Source: an uncultured Methanoregulaceae archaeon
GTDB taxonomy: Archaea > Halobacteriota > Methanomicrobia > Methanomicrobiales > Methanospirillaceae
Length of the DNA: 64,000 nucleotides
Direction: 5' to 3'
Assembly (NCBI GenBank): GCA_963705255.1
Contig: OY970061.1
Span: 1,248,001-1,312,000, forward strand
In this document: in pieces, positions 20,476 to 31,056 of the stretch
How positions within the stretch are numbered: position 1 is the stretch's first letter
How the letters are laid out: each line of letters begins with the position of its first letter
Notes under the pieces: model-generated
What the model was told of the DNA's origin: nothing
The model's input: the letters and a program-made list of their open reading frames with translations, nothing else
Database searches by the model: none
Made by a program: the position numbers and the translations under genes

Positions 20476-22641
20476 CTATTTTTCATATTTCGCTGCAAAA
20501 GCAAGGGCAGGATCGTATCCTTTGCGGACATACTCTTTTACCATCCTCCGTGCGGAAAACACGGGAGCAGTGCTCTTCATGGCTTCCTTCATCTTTTTCA
20601 CCCACATGTGGGGGATCCCGTCATCGGCAACCGTGTAGTACAGCGGCACCACCTCGCGTTCGAGTATCTCGTACAACTGCTGGGAATCGATCCAGTCCCG
20701 GTTCTTGGTATTATTGCTGTCACCGAATGCCCAGCCGTTCATCCCGTTATATCCCTCTATCCACCAGCCGTCGAGGACGCTCAGGTGGAGGACGCCATTT
20801 AAGGAGGCTTTCATCCCGCTCGTGCCGCAGGCTTCATTGGGGGGGAGGGGGTTGTTGAGCCAGACATCCACGCCATGGACAAGATATTGCGCCATCTGCT
20901 CATCGTAATCCTCGACAAAGGCGACCCTCCCCCCGAACTCCTGCTGGTGTGCATACCGGTACACCTTCTGGATGATCCTTTTCCCTTCATCGTCGGCGGG
21001 GTGAGCTTTTCCTGCAAAGATGATCTGGACGGGCCTCCAGCGGTTGTTTATAATCCGCTTGAGCCGTTCCAGATCCTGAAAGATGAGGTCCGCCCGCTTG
21101 TAAGTGGAAAAACGACGGGCAAACCCGATGGTGAGGGCGTTCGGGTCCAGGAGTGCACCTCCGGAGATGACGTTGACAGGATCGGTTCCTTCCCCCACCC
21201 ATTTCCTGCGCTTGTGCTCCCTGATCCGGTTGACCAGTTTCCTTTTCAGCTGGATATGGACAGTCCAGAGCTCTTCATCCGGTAGTTCATTGATCATGTC
21301 CCAGATGAGAGGACTGTCATGCTCGTTCAGCCAGTCAGGGCAGGAAGGCGAAAAATATTTGTTCAGTAAAAGTTCCATGCGGGGATCGAGCCAGGTCGGG
21401 ACGTGGACACCGTTGGTGATATGGCGGATGGGAATGGTATCGACCTCTGTCCCGGGATAGAGCCGGGCCCACATCGCCCGGGCGACCTCCCCATGCCTTT
21501 TGCTCACGCCGTTGCAGAACGTGCTCATTTTGAGGGCAAATGCCGTCATGTTGAACATGTCCGGGGGATCCTGCGGGGCATAGCCGAGCCGGAGCACGGC
21601 CTGCCGATCGGTCCCGAGCAGGGAATAATACGGGTTGAAATATTTGTCCATCAGCGCGTACGGGAATGCGTCATGCCCTGCAGGGACCGGCGTGTGGGTC
21701 GTGAAGACAGTTGTCTCGCGCACCCGTTTTGACGCGTCTTCAAAATTCATTTTGTCTGCGATATGTTCCCGGATCCGTTCAAGGAGGGTAAATGCCGGGT
21801 GGCCTTCATTCAGGTGGACGATGGTAGGCCTGATCCCGAGTATATCCAGGACGTAGCTCCCGCCGATCCCAAGAACGATCTCCTGTTTGAGCCGCTGTTC
21901 GAGATCACCGGTATAGAGACGGTACGATATCATCCGGTTGGATGGATCATTCTCCCGGATATCGGTATCGAGAAGATAGAGGGGGATGTTTCCGATATCC
22001 ACTCTCCAGACGGCAATATAGATGGGGGGATCGATGAACGGCACCCGGGCCACCAGCTGGGTGTCATGGTTATACATCACCCGTTTGATAGGCGCAGAGT
22101 CCCGGTTCAGGAGCTCCTTCCGGTTCTCCTGCCATCCGTCCGGCCCGATATGCTGGTGGAGGTATCCCTCCGAGTACATGAATCCGACGCCAACAAGGGG
22201 CAGCCCGAGATCGCTGGCCTCTTTCAGGTGGTCCCCGGCAAGAAACCCGAGGCCCCCCGCGTAAAAAGGCAGGGAGTGCTGGAGCCCGTATTCTGCGGAA
22301 AAATACGCAATGGTCAGACCATGGTCCCGGGAAAAATGTTCGGTGAACCAGCTGTTCTTCCGGTCGAGTTCCTGCCGGAAGCGGGAGAGCACGATATCAT
22401 AATGCCGGAGGTACAGGGGATTTTTTGATGCCACTGTCATAGTCTCGGCCGGGAGCTCAGTCAGCATCCTGACCGGGTTGTGGATACTCTCGACCCACGC
22501 CTGCGGGTTCAGCTGCTTGAATACCATTTTTGCAGCCGGGTTCCAGCTCCACCAGAGGTTGTACGCCAGGTCGACAAGCCCGGAGATCCTCTCAGGGACA
22601 TGCGAAAAATCTTTCCTGAACTTGTCTGCCTCGGCTTTCAT
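20476..22641 (-). CDS. glgP: Alpha-glucan (glycogen) phosphorylase
   Basis: AYNLWWSW, YAGGLGFLAGD, HLNEGH, EACGTSGMK (PLP lysine). Confidence 0.96.
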   Translation of the reverse strand: MKAEADKFRKDFSHVPERISGLVDLAYNLWWSWNPAAKMVFKQLNPQAWVESIHNPVRMLTELPAETMTVASKNPLYLRHYDIVLSRFRQELDRKNSWFTEHFSRDHGLTIAYFSAEYGLQHSLPFYAGGLGFLAGDHLKEASDLGLPLVGVGFMYSEGYLHQHIGPDGWQENRKELLNRDSAPIKRVMYNHDTQLVARVPFIDPPIYIAVWRVDIGNIPLYLLDTDIRENDPSNRMISYRLYTGDLEQRLKQEIVLGIGGSYVLDILGIRPTIVHLNEGHPAFTLLERIREHIADKMNFEDASKRVRETTVFTTHTPVPAGHDAFPYALMDKYFNPYYSLLGTDRQAVLRLGYAPQDPPDMFNMTAFALKMSTFCNGVSKRHGEVARAMWARLYPGTEVDTIPIRHITNGVHVPTWLDPRMELLLNKYFSPSCPDWLNEHDSPLIWDMINELPDEELWTVHIQLKRKLVNRIREHKRRKWVGEGTDPVNVISGGALLDPNALTIGFARRFSTYKRADLIFQDLERLKRIINNRWRPVQIIFAGKAHPADDEGKRIIQKVYRYAHQQEFGGRVAFVEDYDEQMAQYLVHGVDVWLNNPLPPNEACGTSGMKASLNGVLHLSVLDGWWIEGYNGMNGWAFGDSNNTKNRDWIDSQQLYEILEREVVPLYYTVADDGIPHMWVKKMKEAMKSTAPVFSARRMVKEYVRKGYDPALAFAAKYEK

Positions 22642-22770
22642 CAGTGATTGAGTGTAGGGGCATCTCCATTAAAAGTATTGCTGCCGGTTAAGCGGGCCGC
22701 CTGGGTCCGGCCAGGCCCGGTGTTGCCATGGGGAGCCCAAAGAGAACATTTGAAATGAACGGAATACCAA

Positions 22771-24044
22771 ATGGAGGTCAGGATACCATCCATGTACGGT
22801 GAACCGTGGCAGGAACTCTATGCCGGCCTCAGGCCCCCCATGCTGCACCGTGCGGTCACCGGGTTCAACGTCAACCTCGACCGTATCATACCGGTAAGCC
22901 GGGAACTCCTGCAGTCTCCTCTCTTTTCAGGGAAGGACATGACTGAGGTCAGGGCCAGGCTTTTCCATTCCATGCAGACCTGTACTGCTGACGAGCTCTT
23001 TGTACAGGACCCTGCACAGTACCAGCGCCTTGCCGGGCTCTTTTCCGGCAGCAGCGGTGCCCTTGCAATCGGGGGGCAGGCAGGAATTGCGGCAGTCCAC
23101 CTCGCATCGGCCGGTGTGCCCGCGGTCCTCTGTGCCGCACCGGCCATGGGCCGGATGACACGGGAGATCCTGCTGGGTTCCGGGGTCATCATCCCCGATC
23201 TCGGGGAGGGGCAGTCCGGGGGTCAGGATACCGTTCACCTGGTCTTTGAATACCAGCCCGGGCTCATTCCTGTCCTCGAAGGGGTTGTCCCCAGGAACAA
23301 CCGTTTTATTGTCTCCCCGGTCCACGAACCGTCATCGGTGCTTGTCCCGGAAGGCTCCATGGACCGGTTCCTTGAGGCGATCGCCGGCTGTACCAGGGCG
23401 TTCCTTTCCGGTACCAGTACCTCCGATCCGACCGGGATTTCGCTGCTGCTGCACGCCAGCTGCGGATGATGAAACGCCGCAACCCGGACCTGAAGATCCA
23501 TACGGAATGGGTGACCGTACGCGACCGGGACATCATCGAGAGGTTCATACGGTTCATCATCCCGGAGACCGACAGCCTCGGGCTGAACGAGTATGAGCTC
23601 GCACTTCTCGGGGAGTACCTGGAACCGTCCGGGATGTGGTCTGTGGATGGCGGGGATGTATCTCCCGCCCGGCTCGTGAAAGGCGCACTGGAGGTCTGCA
23701 GGGCAACGCGCCTCTCCCGTCTCCACGTCCATACCTTTGGATGGTATGTCCTCATTCACCGGAAAGTGTCCGGGGAACTTTCCGGGTCACGCAACGCCCT
23801 GCTCTTCGCATCCCGCGAGGCAGCAAAAGCTGCACAGGGGAAAGGCTCTGTCATTTCACCTGAAGGGATCCGGGCAATCAGGCAGGTCTCTCACGCATTC
23901 GGGCAGGAACGGTCAGCGGGCCTCTTCCGGGACAGGGATTTTTTCGTCATTCTGGTCCCGGCCATGATCGCAGCAGGCGTCACCCGGACTGCAGGCATGG
24001 GGGACAGGATCTCTTCGGCTGCTTTTGTTGCTGACCCGTTCTAG
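22771..24044 (+). CDS. ADP-dependent glucokinase/phosphofructokinase (frameshift at ~23412)
   Basis: GFNVNLD, IGGQAGI, HLVFEY, PRNNRFI, SLGLNEYEL, HVHTFG, TAGMGDRISS. Confidence 0.88.
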
Positions 24045-24377
24045 CAGACCAAAAAAGATATGATTCTTTTCATCAGAAAAATCTCAAAAGGGTTGATTCA
24101 AAGCGGAAATTCGTTAAAATAATTTGATTGCCTGACCAAAAATTCTGAAAAGACCGGGTTTATATTTTTTGCAGATACACGAAACGTTTAAATTACCTAT
24201 GCAGGATGTTAGTATACTTGGCCAAGTCGCAGTCCGCCACGGGTCAGATACTATCCAGGGAACCTGCGTTCCTTTGCTGCCGGGCCGGTCCTTCAGGCAT
24301 ACAGGTCCATGAAGTTTTCCGGAGGACCCGACGCTGTTCCGGAGGGCGAACCTTGACCGGTCGGGAGTACAAAGATC

Positions 24378-25832
24378 ATGCCTCAAATTTGTATAGGGTT
24401 CGAAGTCCACCAGCCCTACCGGCTGAACAGGCTGTTTTCGCCCGTCCCAAAGATAAAAAAGAAGGATCTCTTCGATCATTATTTTGACGGGCTCAACAAG
24501 GAGATCCTGTTACGTGTTGCGGAGAAATGCTACAATCCGGCAACAGCGCTTATCCTGGAAAAACTCGACGAGGGATTTTCCTGCTCATTCTCGTTGTCGG
24601 GTACTCTTACCGAGCAGCTGGAGAAGTGGAGCAAAGATACCCTTTCTCTCTTTGACAATGTCGCACGGCACAAGAACACCGAGATGATAGCCCAGACGTA
24701 CTACCACAGCATAGCCAGTTGTTTTTCCGACAAGACCGAGTTCAGGGAGCAGGTCAGACTGCATTCCGATCTCATGTATGACCAGTTCCGGGTCCGCCCG
24801 ACCATCTTTGAAAATACCGAGTTCACGTTCAACAACGAGGTTGCCGCAACGATCCGTGACATGGACTTTACCGGGATATTCACGGAAGGCGTGGACCGCG
24901 TCCTCGGCTGGCGCAGCCCGAATTATGTCTACCGCTGCCAGGAGATCCCGGTCATGCTCAGGAACACAACGTTGTCCGATGACATCGCCTTCCGTTTTGG
25001 CAACCGCACCTGGGACATGTTTCCCCTGACTGCAGACACCTATGCCAACTGGATCTCGTCATCTCCCGGCGATGTGGTCAATGTCTTCCTGGACTACGAG
25101 ACGTTCGGTGAACACTTCTGGCAGGAAACGGGCATATTCAACTTCTTACGCAGTCTCCCGGAGGAACTCAGCGCCCGCGGGATCCCGATGGTCCTCCCGT
25201 CGCAGGTCATTGCAGACCATCCCCCGGTCGGGGAGATTGACGTGCACGAGACCATTTCCTGGGCAGACCTGGAGAAGGACACCTCGGCATGGATGGGAAA
25301 CGACCGGCAGCGGACAGCGTTCCACGCAGTCCAGTCAGCCCGGCCCTATGCGGTGGACAAGCCCATCTGGCGTTACCTCCAGACGAGCGATCACTTCTAT
25401 TACATGGCATCGAAGTTCGGCACGTGCGGGGAAGTCCATACCTATTTCAGCCACCACGAGGCAGAAGATGCGTTCAAGACCTACATGCGGGTGCTGGCCG
25501 ATTATGAGGCAAGGAACATGCGGGTGATGAAGAACAGGAAATCCGCAAAGACGCTCCGGACCCTGCCTCCGGAACTCGCATTCCATTTTGCCGGGCCCAC
25601 CGGCTTCATCGGGCACAGTGCATATAACCTCGACCAGTTCGAGGAGCAGCTCTACGTAGTCCCGAAAGACTCGATCACGTTCCACCAGGAACGCGGGGAC
25701 TTCTTCCAGTGGATCAACGACGTGCTGGAAGATCCCCGGCTCGCGGAGAGCATCAAAGAGCTGACGGAACGCCACGAACTGACCGAGGTCATAAAAGAGC
25801 GGAGAGAACTGCTATGGAGTCATGTAAGGTAG
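24378..25832 (+). CDS. GH57 alpha-amylase with C-terminal DUF5752-like domain
   Basis: FEVHQPYR, LSDDIAFRF, DYETFGEH, LQTSDHFYYM; C-terminal FH..RGDF..WI.DVL.D..LA. Confidence 0.92.
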   Translation: MPQICIGFEVHQPYRLNRLFSPVPKIKKKDLFDHYFDGLNKEILLRVAEKCYNPATALILEKLDEGFSCSFSLSGTLTEQLEKWSKDTLSLFDNVARHKNTEMIAQTYYHSIASCFSDKTEFREQVRLHSDLMYDQFRVRPTIFENTEFTFNNEVAATIRDMDFTGIFTEGVDRVLGWRSPNYVYRCQEIPVMLRNTTLSDDIAFRFGNRTWDMFPLTADTYANWISSSPGDVVNVFLDYETFGEHFWQETGIFNFLRSLPEELSARGIPMVLPSQVIADHPPVGEIDVHETISWADLEKDTSAWMGNDRQRTAFHAVQSARPYAVDKPIWRYLQTSDHFYYMASKFGTCGEVHTYFSHHEAEDAFKTYMRVLADYEARNMRVMKNRKSAKTLRTLPPELAFHFAGPTGFIGHSAYNLDQFEEQLYVVPKDSITFHQERGDFFQWINDVLEDPRLAESIKELTERHELTEVIKERRELLWSHVR

Positions 25833-26956
25833 CGTTTTTCTGCTGGGAGTCCCTGTACGCGGAACGCGTCGGCGGGCTTGCCAACGCCGCGACGAACCTG
25901 GCAGAGACGCTGGTCAAACAGAACCACGAGGTCCATTACTTCACCAGGGGATCCATTCCCGACCAGACCATCAACGGGGTCCAGTACCACTACTGCCGCC
26001 CGTTCGGCCAGAACATCGTCGAGTACTGCAATGACATGAGCAAAGCCATGGTGAGCCAGTTCAGGACACATGACAGCCCGGGGAGGTTTGATTTCCTCCA
26101 TTTCCATGACTGGCACCCGGTCCAGGCCCTCCATTACCTGCAGGACCGGAACACCCTCCTCACCTACCACTCAACGGAGTACGGGAGAAACGGCAACCAG
26201 TTCGGCGACTGGTGGGAGTTCCGGGAGATTTCAGGCAAGGAGTGGTACGGCGGGCTCATCGCGAAGCGGGTGACAGCTGTCTCGGCCACCCTCAGAAATG
26301 AGGTGATGACCCTCTATAATGTGCCGGAGGAGAAGTGCGAGGTGATCCCCAACGGGATCGTGCCGCGTGCGTACCGCGCCAGCATCGATCCCGGCGAAGT
26401 CAAGGCCTCGTACGGGATCCATCCCTACGCACCGCTCATCCTCTTCATCGGCCGGCTCGTGTACCAGAAAGGGCCCGACCTGCTCATCGAAGCGATCCGG
26501 AAAGTCTGCCAGCACCGGGGGGATGCAAAAGTCATCGTCGCAGGGACCGGTGACATGCGGCAGTTCCTGCAGGACCGGGCAAAAGACCTCCCGGTCAACT
26601 TTGTCGGGTATATCCCGGATTCCGAGTACATCCGCCTGCTGAACGCCGCGGATGTCGTCGTCATTCCCAGCAGGAACGAGCCGTTCGGCCTCGTCCTCCT
26701 CGAGGCGTGGAGTGCTGAAAAATGCGTCGTCGCCTCCAATGTCGGCGGGCTCTCGGAGAACATCGATGCCTTCGTGAACGGGATCAAGGTCGGCGTGGAC
26801 CCTGATTCGATCGCATGGGGGATCAGCACCATGGTGGATGAACCCTGGAACGCGGGCGCACTGGGGATACGCGGCAGGAACAAAGTGGACCGGCTCTTCC
26901 TCTGGGGGCCGATAGTCCAGAGACTTACCGGTGCCTATTCGCGGGTTGTTGCATGA
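25814..26956 (+). CDS. GT4 glycosyltransferase (glycogen synthase-like)
   Basis: VGGL, HFHDWH, GRLVYQKG, PSRNEPFGLV. Confidence 0.9.
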   Translation: MESCKVAFFCWESLYAERVGGLANAATNLAETLVKQNHEVHYFTRGSIPDQTINGVQYHYCRPFGQNIVEYCNDMSKAMVSQFRTHDSPGRFDFLHFHDWHPVQALHYLQDRNTLLTYHSTEYGRNGNQFGDWWEFREISGKEWYGGLIAKRVTAVSATLRNEVMTLYNVPEEKCEVIPNGIVPRAYRASIDPGEVKASYGIHPYAPLILFIGRLVYQKGPDLLIEAIRKVCQHRGDAKVIVAGTGDMRQFLQDRAKDLPVNFVGYIPDSEYIRLLNAADVVVIPSRNEPFGLVLLEAWSAEKCVVASNVGGLSENIDAFVNGIKVGVDPDSIAWGISTMVDEPWNAGALGIRGRNKVDRLFLWGPIVQRLTGAYSRVVA

Positions 26957-28221
26957 AACTTGCCTATTTTGTGGACGAATTTCCCCCGTTTTTCCGGGGG
27001 GGACTTGGGACCTATGCGACCGAGATCACCCGCCAGTTCATTGCAAAGGGGCATTCCATCTCGGTCTTTTCCCGGAACACCGGAAGCGACCCGACCTTCG
27101 ACACGTGGGCCGGTGTGGAAGTCCACCGTCCCCGCCTGATGACGTTCTCGGATATCCTTGCCATCGTCAACCCTGCTGAAGTCAAGACCTGGGACCTGAA
27201 CGGCCAGAATTTTTTTGCCGAGACCGTCCTGTACAACCTCCTCTCCGCATCGAAGCTGGTGAACTATCTTGTCCGGAACGAACAGCGCCAGTACGACCTG
27301 CTCGTCTCGCACGACTGGATAGCCTCCCTTGCCGGCATCATTGCCAAGCGGAACCTCAAGATACCGCTGATCTTTCATTTCCATTCCACCGAGCAGGGCA
27401 GGAACCCTTCCGGGTCGGTCACGATCAAGGATATCGAGCGGCTTTCGGCAATGACCGCCGACCGGATCGTGACCGTCAGCTTCGCCATGCGGGACGAACT
27501 CGTGAAGTTCGGGTACCCGGAGTCGAAGATACGGGTGATCCACAATGGCGTGGACGCGGAGAAGTACGACCCTGCCCGGATTCCGCAGAAAGAGGTGGAG
27601 GAGTTCCGCGAACGAATCGGCGTCGGGACGTCCCCCATGCTCTTTTTCATAGGACGGCTGACATGGGTGAAAGGGGCAGACCCGCTCATCCTCGCCATGC
27701 CGCAGATCATCAAGGAAGTCCCCGACGTGAAACTGGTGCTGCTCGGGGTTGGCGACCAGGAGCAGATGCTCAGCCAGCTGGTGAGGGACCTCCACCTTGG
27801 CAGGAACGTAATCCTCCATTTCAGGATGGTACCGGAGGAGGAGCGCATTCTCTACTACGCGGCAAGCGATGTCTGCGTATTCCCGTCGAAATACGAGCCG
27901 TTCGGCATCGTCTGCACCGAAGCGATGTCAATGGCCAAGCCGGTGGTCGTGGGTGCGCGGGGGACGAGTGGTTTCCGGGAACAGATCATCCCATCCGGGG
28001 ACGACATCTGCGGGTACCATGTCAACCCCAACGACCCGTCTGATATTGCCCGCTATGTCGTGAGGATCCTGAAAAACCCGGAACTTGGAGCAAAGATGGG
28101 CAAAAACGGCAGGGCGCGCGTACTCGAACATTTTACCTGGGACCACATCGCTGAACAGACCCTCCGGGTGTACCAGGAAGTCATTGACAGCGGCAGTGCC
28201 ACAACGGGTCCGGGGAAATGA
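26953..28221 (+). CDS. GT4 glycosyltransferase (glycogen synthase-like)
   Basis: EFPP...GGLG, HDW, GRL..VKG, PSKYEPFGIV. Confidence 0.9.
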   Translation: MKLAYFVDEFPPFFRGGLGTYATEITRQFIAKGHSISVFSRNTGSDPTFDTWAGVEVHRPRLMTFSDILAIVNPAEVKTWDLNGQNFFAETVLYNLLSASKLVNYLVRNEQRQYDLLVSHDWIASLAGIIAKRNLKIPLIFHFHSTEQGRNPSGSVTIKDIERLSAMTADRIVTVSFAMRDELVKFGYPESKIRVIHNGVDAEKYDPARIPQKEVEEFRERIGVGTSPMLFFIGRLTWVKGADPLILAMPQIIKEVPDVKLVLLGVGDQEQMLSQLVRDLHLGRNVILHFRMVPEEERILYYAASDVCVFPSKYEPFGIVCTEAMSMAKPVVVGARGTSGFREQIIPSGDDICGYHVNPNDPSDIARYVVRILKNPELGAKMGKNGRARVLEHFTWDHIAEQTLRVYQEVIDSGSATTGPGK

Positions 28222-29909
28222 CACTTTCGTACGGCAGGGAGCTGCAGGTACCGGACTGTGCCCGCAGCATCGAGTTTCTCATGGCAGGGGAACATGACTA
28301 CTGTTCGGCCTCTGTCGGCGGTAACACCCGGAGATATCACGGGCTCCTTGTCCACCGGGGCAGGGTATATCTCTCCGGCTTTGATGAACTGATGAACGGC
28401 ATACGGATATCGGCGCAGCAGTACCAGGGGACAGATGGTGATTCCGGCCTTGCGCATCTCTATGCGTTTTCCTTGTACCCCCCGTGCTGGGTTTACTATC
28501 TGGGCGGTACCGTGGTCAGGAAGACCATCACCTTCGGCCAGGGGATCGCCATAACCTACGCTGTCACCGGTGAAGCCGAGATCCGGGTCCGCCCGCTTGT
28601 CACCGACCGACCGGTCGACCAGCTCGTCCGCGATCCCCACCCGGTCTGCGAATCCGGCCACGGCGGTGTACGGTGGAGCGAGACCGTCCTTGAAGGGGAT
28701 ATTCCCTTTACCTATGACCCGGCCACCTACTGGAATGTCTGGTATGGGCGGGAACGGGAACGGGGCTACGAAGCGGTGGAAGACCTCTTTTCCCCGGGAT
28801 ATTTTTCGGGCGCGGTAAAAGACGGTTCGGTCACCCTGCGCTGCTTCCGGAACAACCAGTCCCCGCTCAAGGCCGGGCCGGCGCGTACTCCCTGCAGCCT
28901 TCGCGAGTGGCTCGATTCCGCACCGGATATTTTCTGCCACCGCGATGAGATCTTTGCCGGTTTTCACTGGTTCCGGGAGTCCTGGGGCCGCGATTCTGCG
29001 ATCAGCGTGACCGGGCTCCTGATCGAACGCGAAAAGAAGGAGGCTGCCCAGGCCGTGCTCAGGCGGCTTGCCCAGAAGACCGAGGGCGGGGTCGTCCCGA
29101 ACCGTTTCCCGGACAACTACCACTCGAGCGATGCCTCGCTCTGGTTCATCCATGCGCTTGGACGCTACCGCCGCCGCTGGGGCGATGACCGTTTCATCGC
29201 GGACATGCGCCCGGTCGTCGCAGAGATCCTCGGGAGCTACCCTGCCTCCAAGGTAGCAACGCTCGACCACGACCTGATCTCGGTCATACCGCAGAGCACG
29301 TGGATGGACACGGCCTTTACCCCCCGCGAAGGAAAAACCGTGGAGATAAACGCCCTCTGGATCCAGGCGCTCGACGAAGCGGAGTCCATGGGGATCATTC
29401 CTCCTGTTTCTGTTGAATCGGCAAAGGAGGCGTTCAGGAAGTTCTGGAATGAGAAGGATCGCTGCTTCTATGACCGCATCGACCCGGTCGACCCTTCCAT
29501 CCGCCCGAACCAGGTCATTGCACTCGCGTACGGGCTTGCCGATCCTGAACAAGCGTCCGCTGCGCTTGAGACCGTCGCACGGACCCTCCTGACCCCGTAC
29601 GGCCTGCGCACGCTCGCGCCCGCTGACCCGCGTTACCACGGGCATTTTGCGGGTGACATCAGTTACCATAACGGGTGTGTCTGGCCCTGGCTCACCGGGT
29701 TCTATGTCGAAGCGCTCATCCGGAACGGCACGGACCGTGCACGGATCGCACCGCTCCTCTCGCCCATCCTTGCACACATACGGGAGGGCGGGGCAGGGTA
29801 CATCTCCGAGATCTTTGACGGCGACCCCCCCTTCCGTCCGCAGGGCTGCATAGCCCAGGCCTGGAGCGTGGCAGAGATCGCCCGGGCCTGCCGTATGGTT
29901 TTTCCCTGA
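28218..29909 (+). CDS. Glycogen debranching enzyme (amylo-alpha-1,6-glucosidase)
   Basis: TRRYHGLL, AGFHWF..WGRD, TWMD, YHNG.VWPW, QAWSVAE. Confidence 0.92.
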   Translation: MTLSYGRELQVPDCARSIEFLMAGEHDYCSASVGGNTRRYHGLLVHRGRVYLSGFDELMNGIRISAQQYQGTDGDSGLAHLYAFSLYPPCWVYYLGGTVVRKTITFGQGIAITYAVTGEAEIRVRPLVTDRPVDQLVRDPHPVCESGHGGVRWSETVLEGDIPFTYDPATYWNVWYGRERERGYEAVEDLFSPGYFSGAVKDGSVTLRCFRNNQSPLKAGPARTPCSLREWLDSAPDIFCHRDEIFAGFHWFRESWGRDSAISVTGLLIEREKKEAAQAVLRRLAQKTEGGVVPNRFPDNYHSSDASLWFIHALGRYRRRWGDDRFIADMRPVVAEILGSYPASKVATLDHDLISVIPQSTWMDTAFTPREGKTVEINALWIQALDEAESMGIIPPVSVESAKEAFRKFWNEKDRCFYDRIDPVDPSIRPNQVIALAYGLADPEQASAALETVARTLLTPYGLRTLAPADPRYHGHFAGDISYHNGCVWPWLTGFYVEALIRNGTDRARIAPLLSPILAHIREGGAGYISEIFDGDPPFRPQGCIAQAWSVAEIARACRMVFP

Positions 29910-29928
29910 TATTCATCTATGATCATAC

Positions 29929-30891
29929 ATGCACCGCCCGAATTTCAAGGACACGATCGCAGCATCCCCCTATATCTTCACGATCGGTGTCGCGGGCGAC
30001 AGCGGGTCGGGGAAGACCTCATTCACCCGGGGCGTGAGGAACATCTTCGGCAGTGACCTTGTCTCCACGATAACCCTTGACGATTACCACAGCCTTGACC
30101 GGGCGGGGCGGCAGGAGCAGGGGATCACCGCACTGAACCCGCGGGCCAACCGGCTCGGGCAGCTCGGCCAGGACCTCATCATGCTCAAACGCGGCGTACC
30201 GATCGAGAAGCCGGTCTATAACCATGCAACCGGGACGTTCGACCCGCCCGCCATCTTCCGGCCCCGCAGGATTCTCATCCTTGAAGGGCTGCACACCCTC
30301 TTCACGCCCACGCTCCGCAAATACCTTGACTTCACCCTCTTCGTGGACCCGGCAAAACAGGTCAAGTACGACTGGAAGATCCGCAGGGACATGGTCAAGC
30401 GGGGCTACTCGCGCGAGGTGGTCGAGAAGGAGATAGCAGAGCGGGAACCGGACTACGAGCGGTATATCGCCCCCCAGAAGGAATATGCGGATGCGGTGAT
30501 CGGGATCGATTATTCCGGCTACGGCCGTCACCTCGGGAGGAAGCACAATGTCTACCGGGTCACGCTCTCCCAGAACAGAATGCTGCACACCATCGGGAAC
30601 ATCGACCTATCGCTTGACCTGTACTCGATCCTCTCGTTGTCCGAGCGGAACTTCTCCCTCGAATTTGTCACGAGCGAACGGAACGGCCACCGGATGGGGC
30701 GGATGATCATGGACGGCGAACTGAGTGCCCATGTCGTGAAAAAACTCGAGCACAGCATCGAGGAGCAGACGCGGGTCCACCCCATCTCCATCTTCAGGAA
30801 CCGGAAGTATGTCACGGCAGGCGACCTGGCCCAGCTGATCCTCTGCTGGCGGATCATTCACCGCCGCATCTTCATGGAGACGAGCCGGTGA
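29929..30891 (+). CDS. prk: Phosphoribulokinase (archaeal type)
   Basis: GVAGDSGSGKT, LDDYHSLDR..R, TALNPRAN, KPVYNH.TG, EGLH, WKIRRD. Confidence 0.88.
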   Translation: MHRPNFKDTIAASPYIFTIGVAGDSGSGKTSFTRGVRNIFGSDLVSTITLDDYHSLDRAGRQEQGITALNPRANRLGQLGQDLIMLKRGVPIEKPVYNHATGTFDPPAIFRPRRILILEGLHTLFTPTLRKYLDFTLFVDPAKQVKYDWKIRRDMVKRGYSREVVEKEIAEREPDYERYIAPQKEYADAVIGIDYSGYGRHLGRKHNVYRVTLSQNRMLHTIGNIDLSLDLYSILSLSERNFSLEFVTSERNGHRMGRMIMDGELSAHVVKKLEHSIEEQTRVHPISIFRNRKYVTAGDLAQLILCWRIIHRRIFMETSR

Positions 30892-31056
30892 CCTAACGGG
30901 AGGGAACGGATGAGCCCGAAAAGGTCTTTGCCTCTGAACGGAAAGGACAGGTAAGGGATCGTCCATGACCAGTGAAAGCAGCCAGTGCAGGGGTTTACCA
31001 GGCCGGGCACGGCGGTGATGATATACGACGGCAGGGAACAACAGGGAGATCTGACC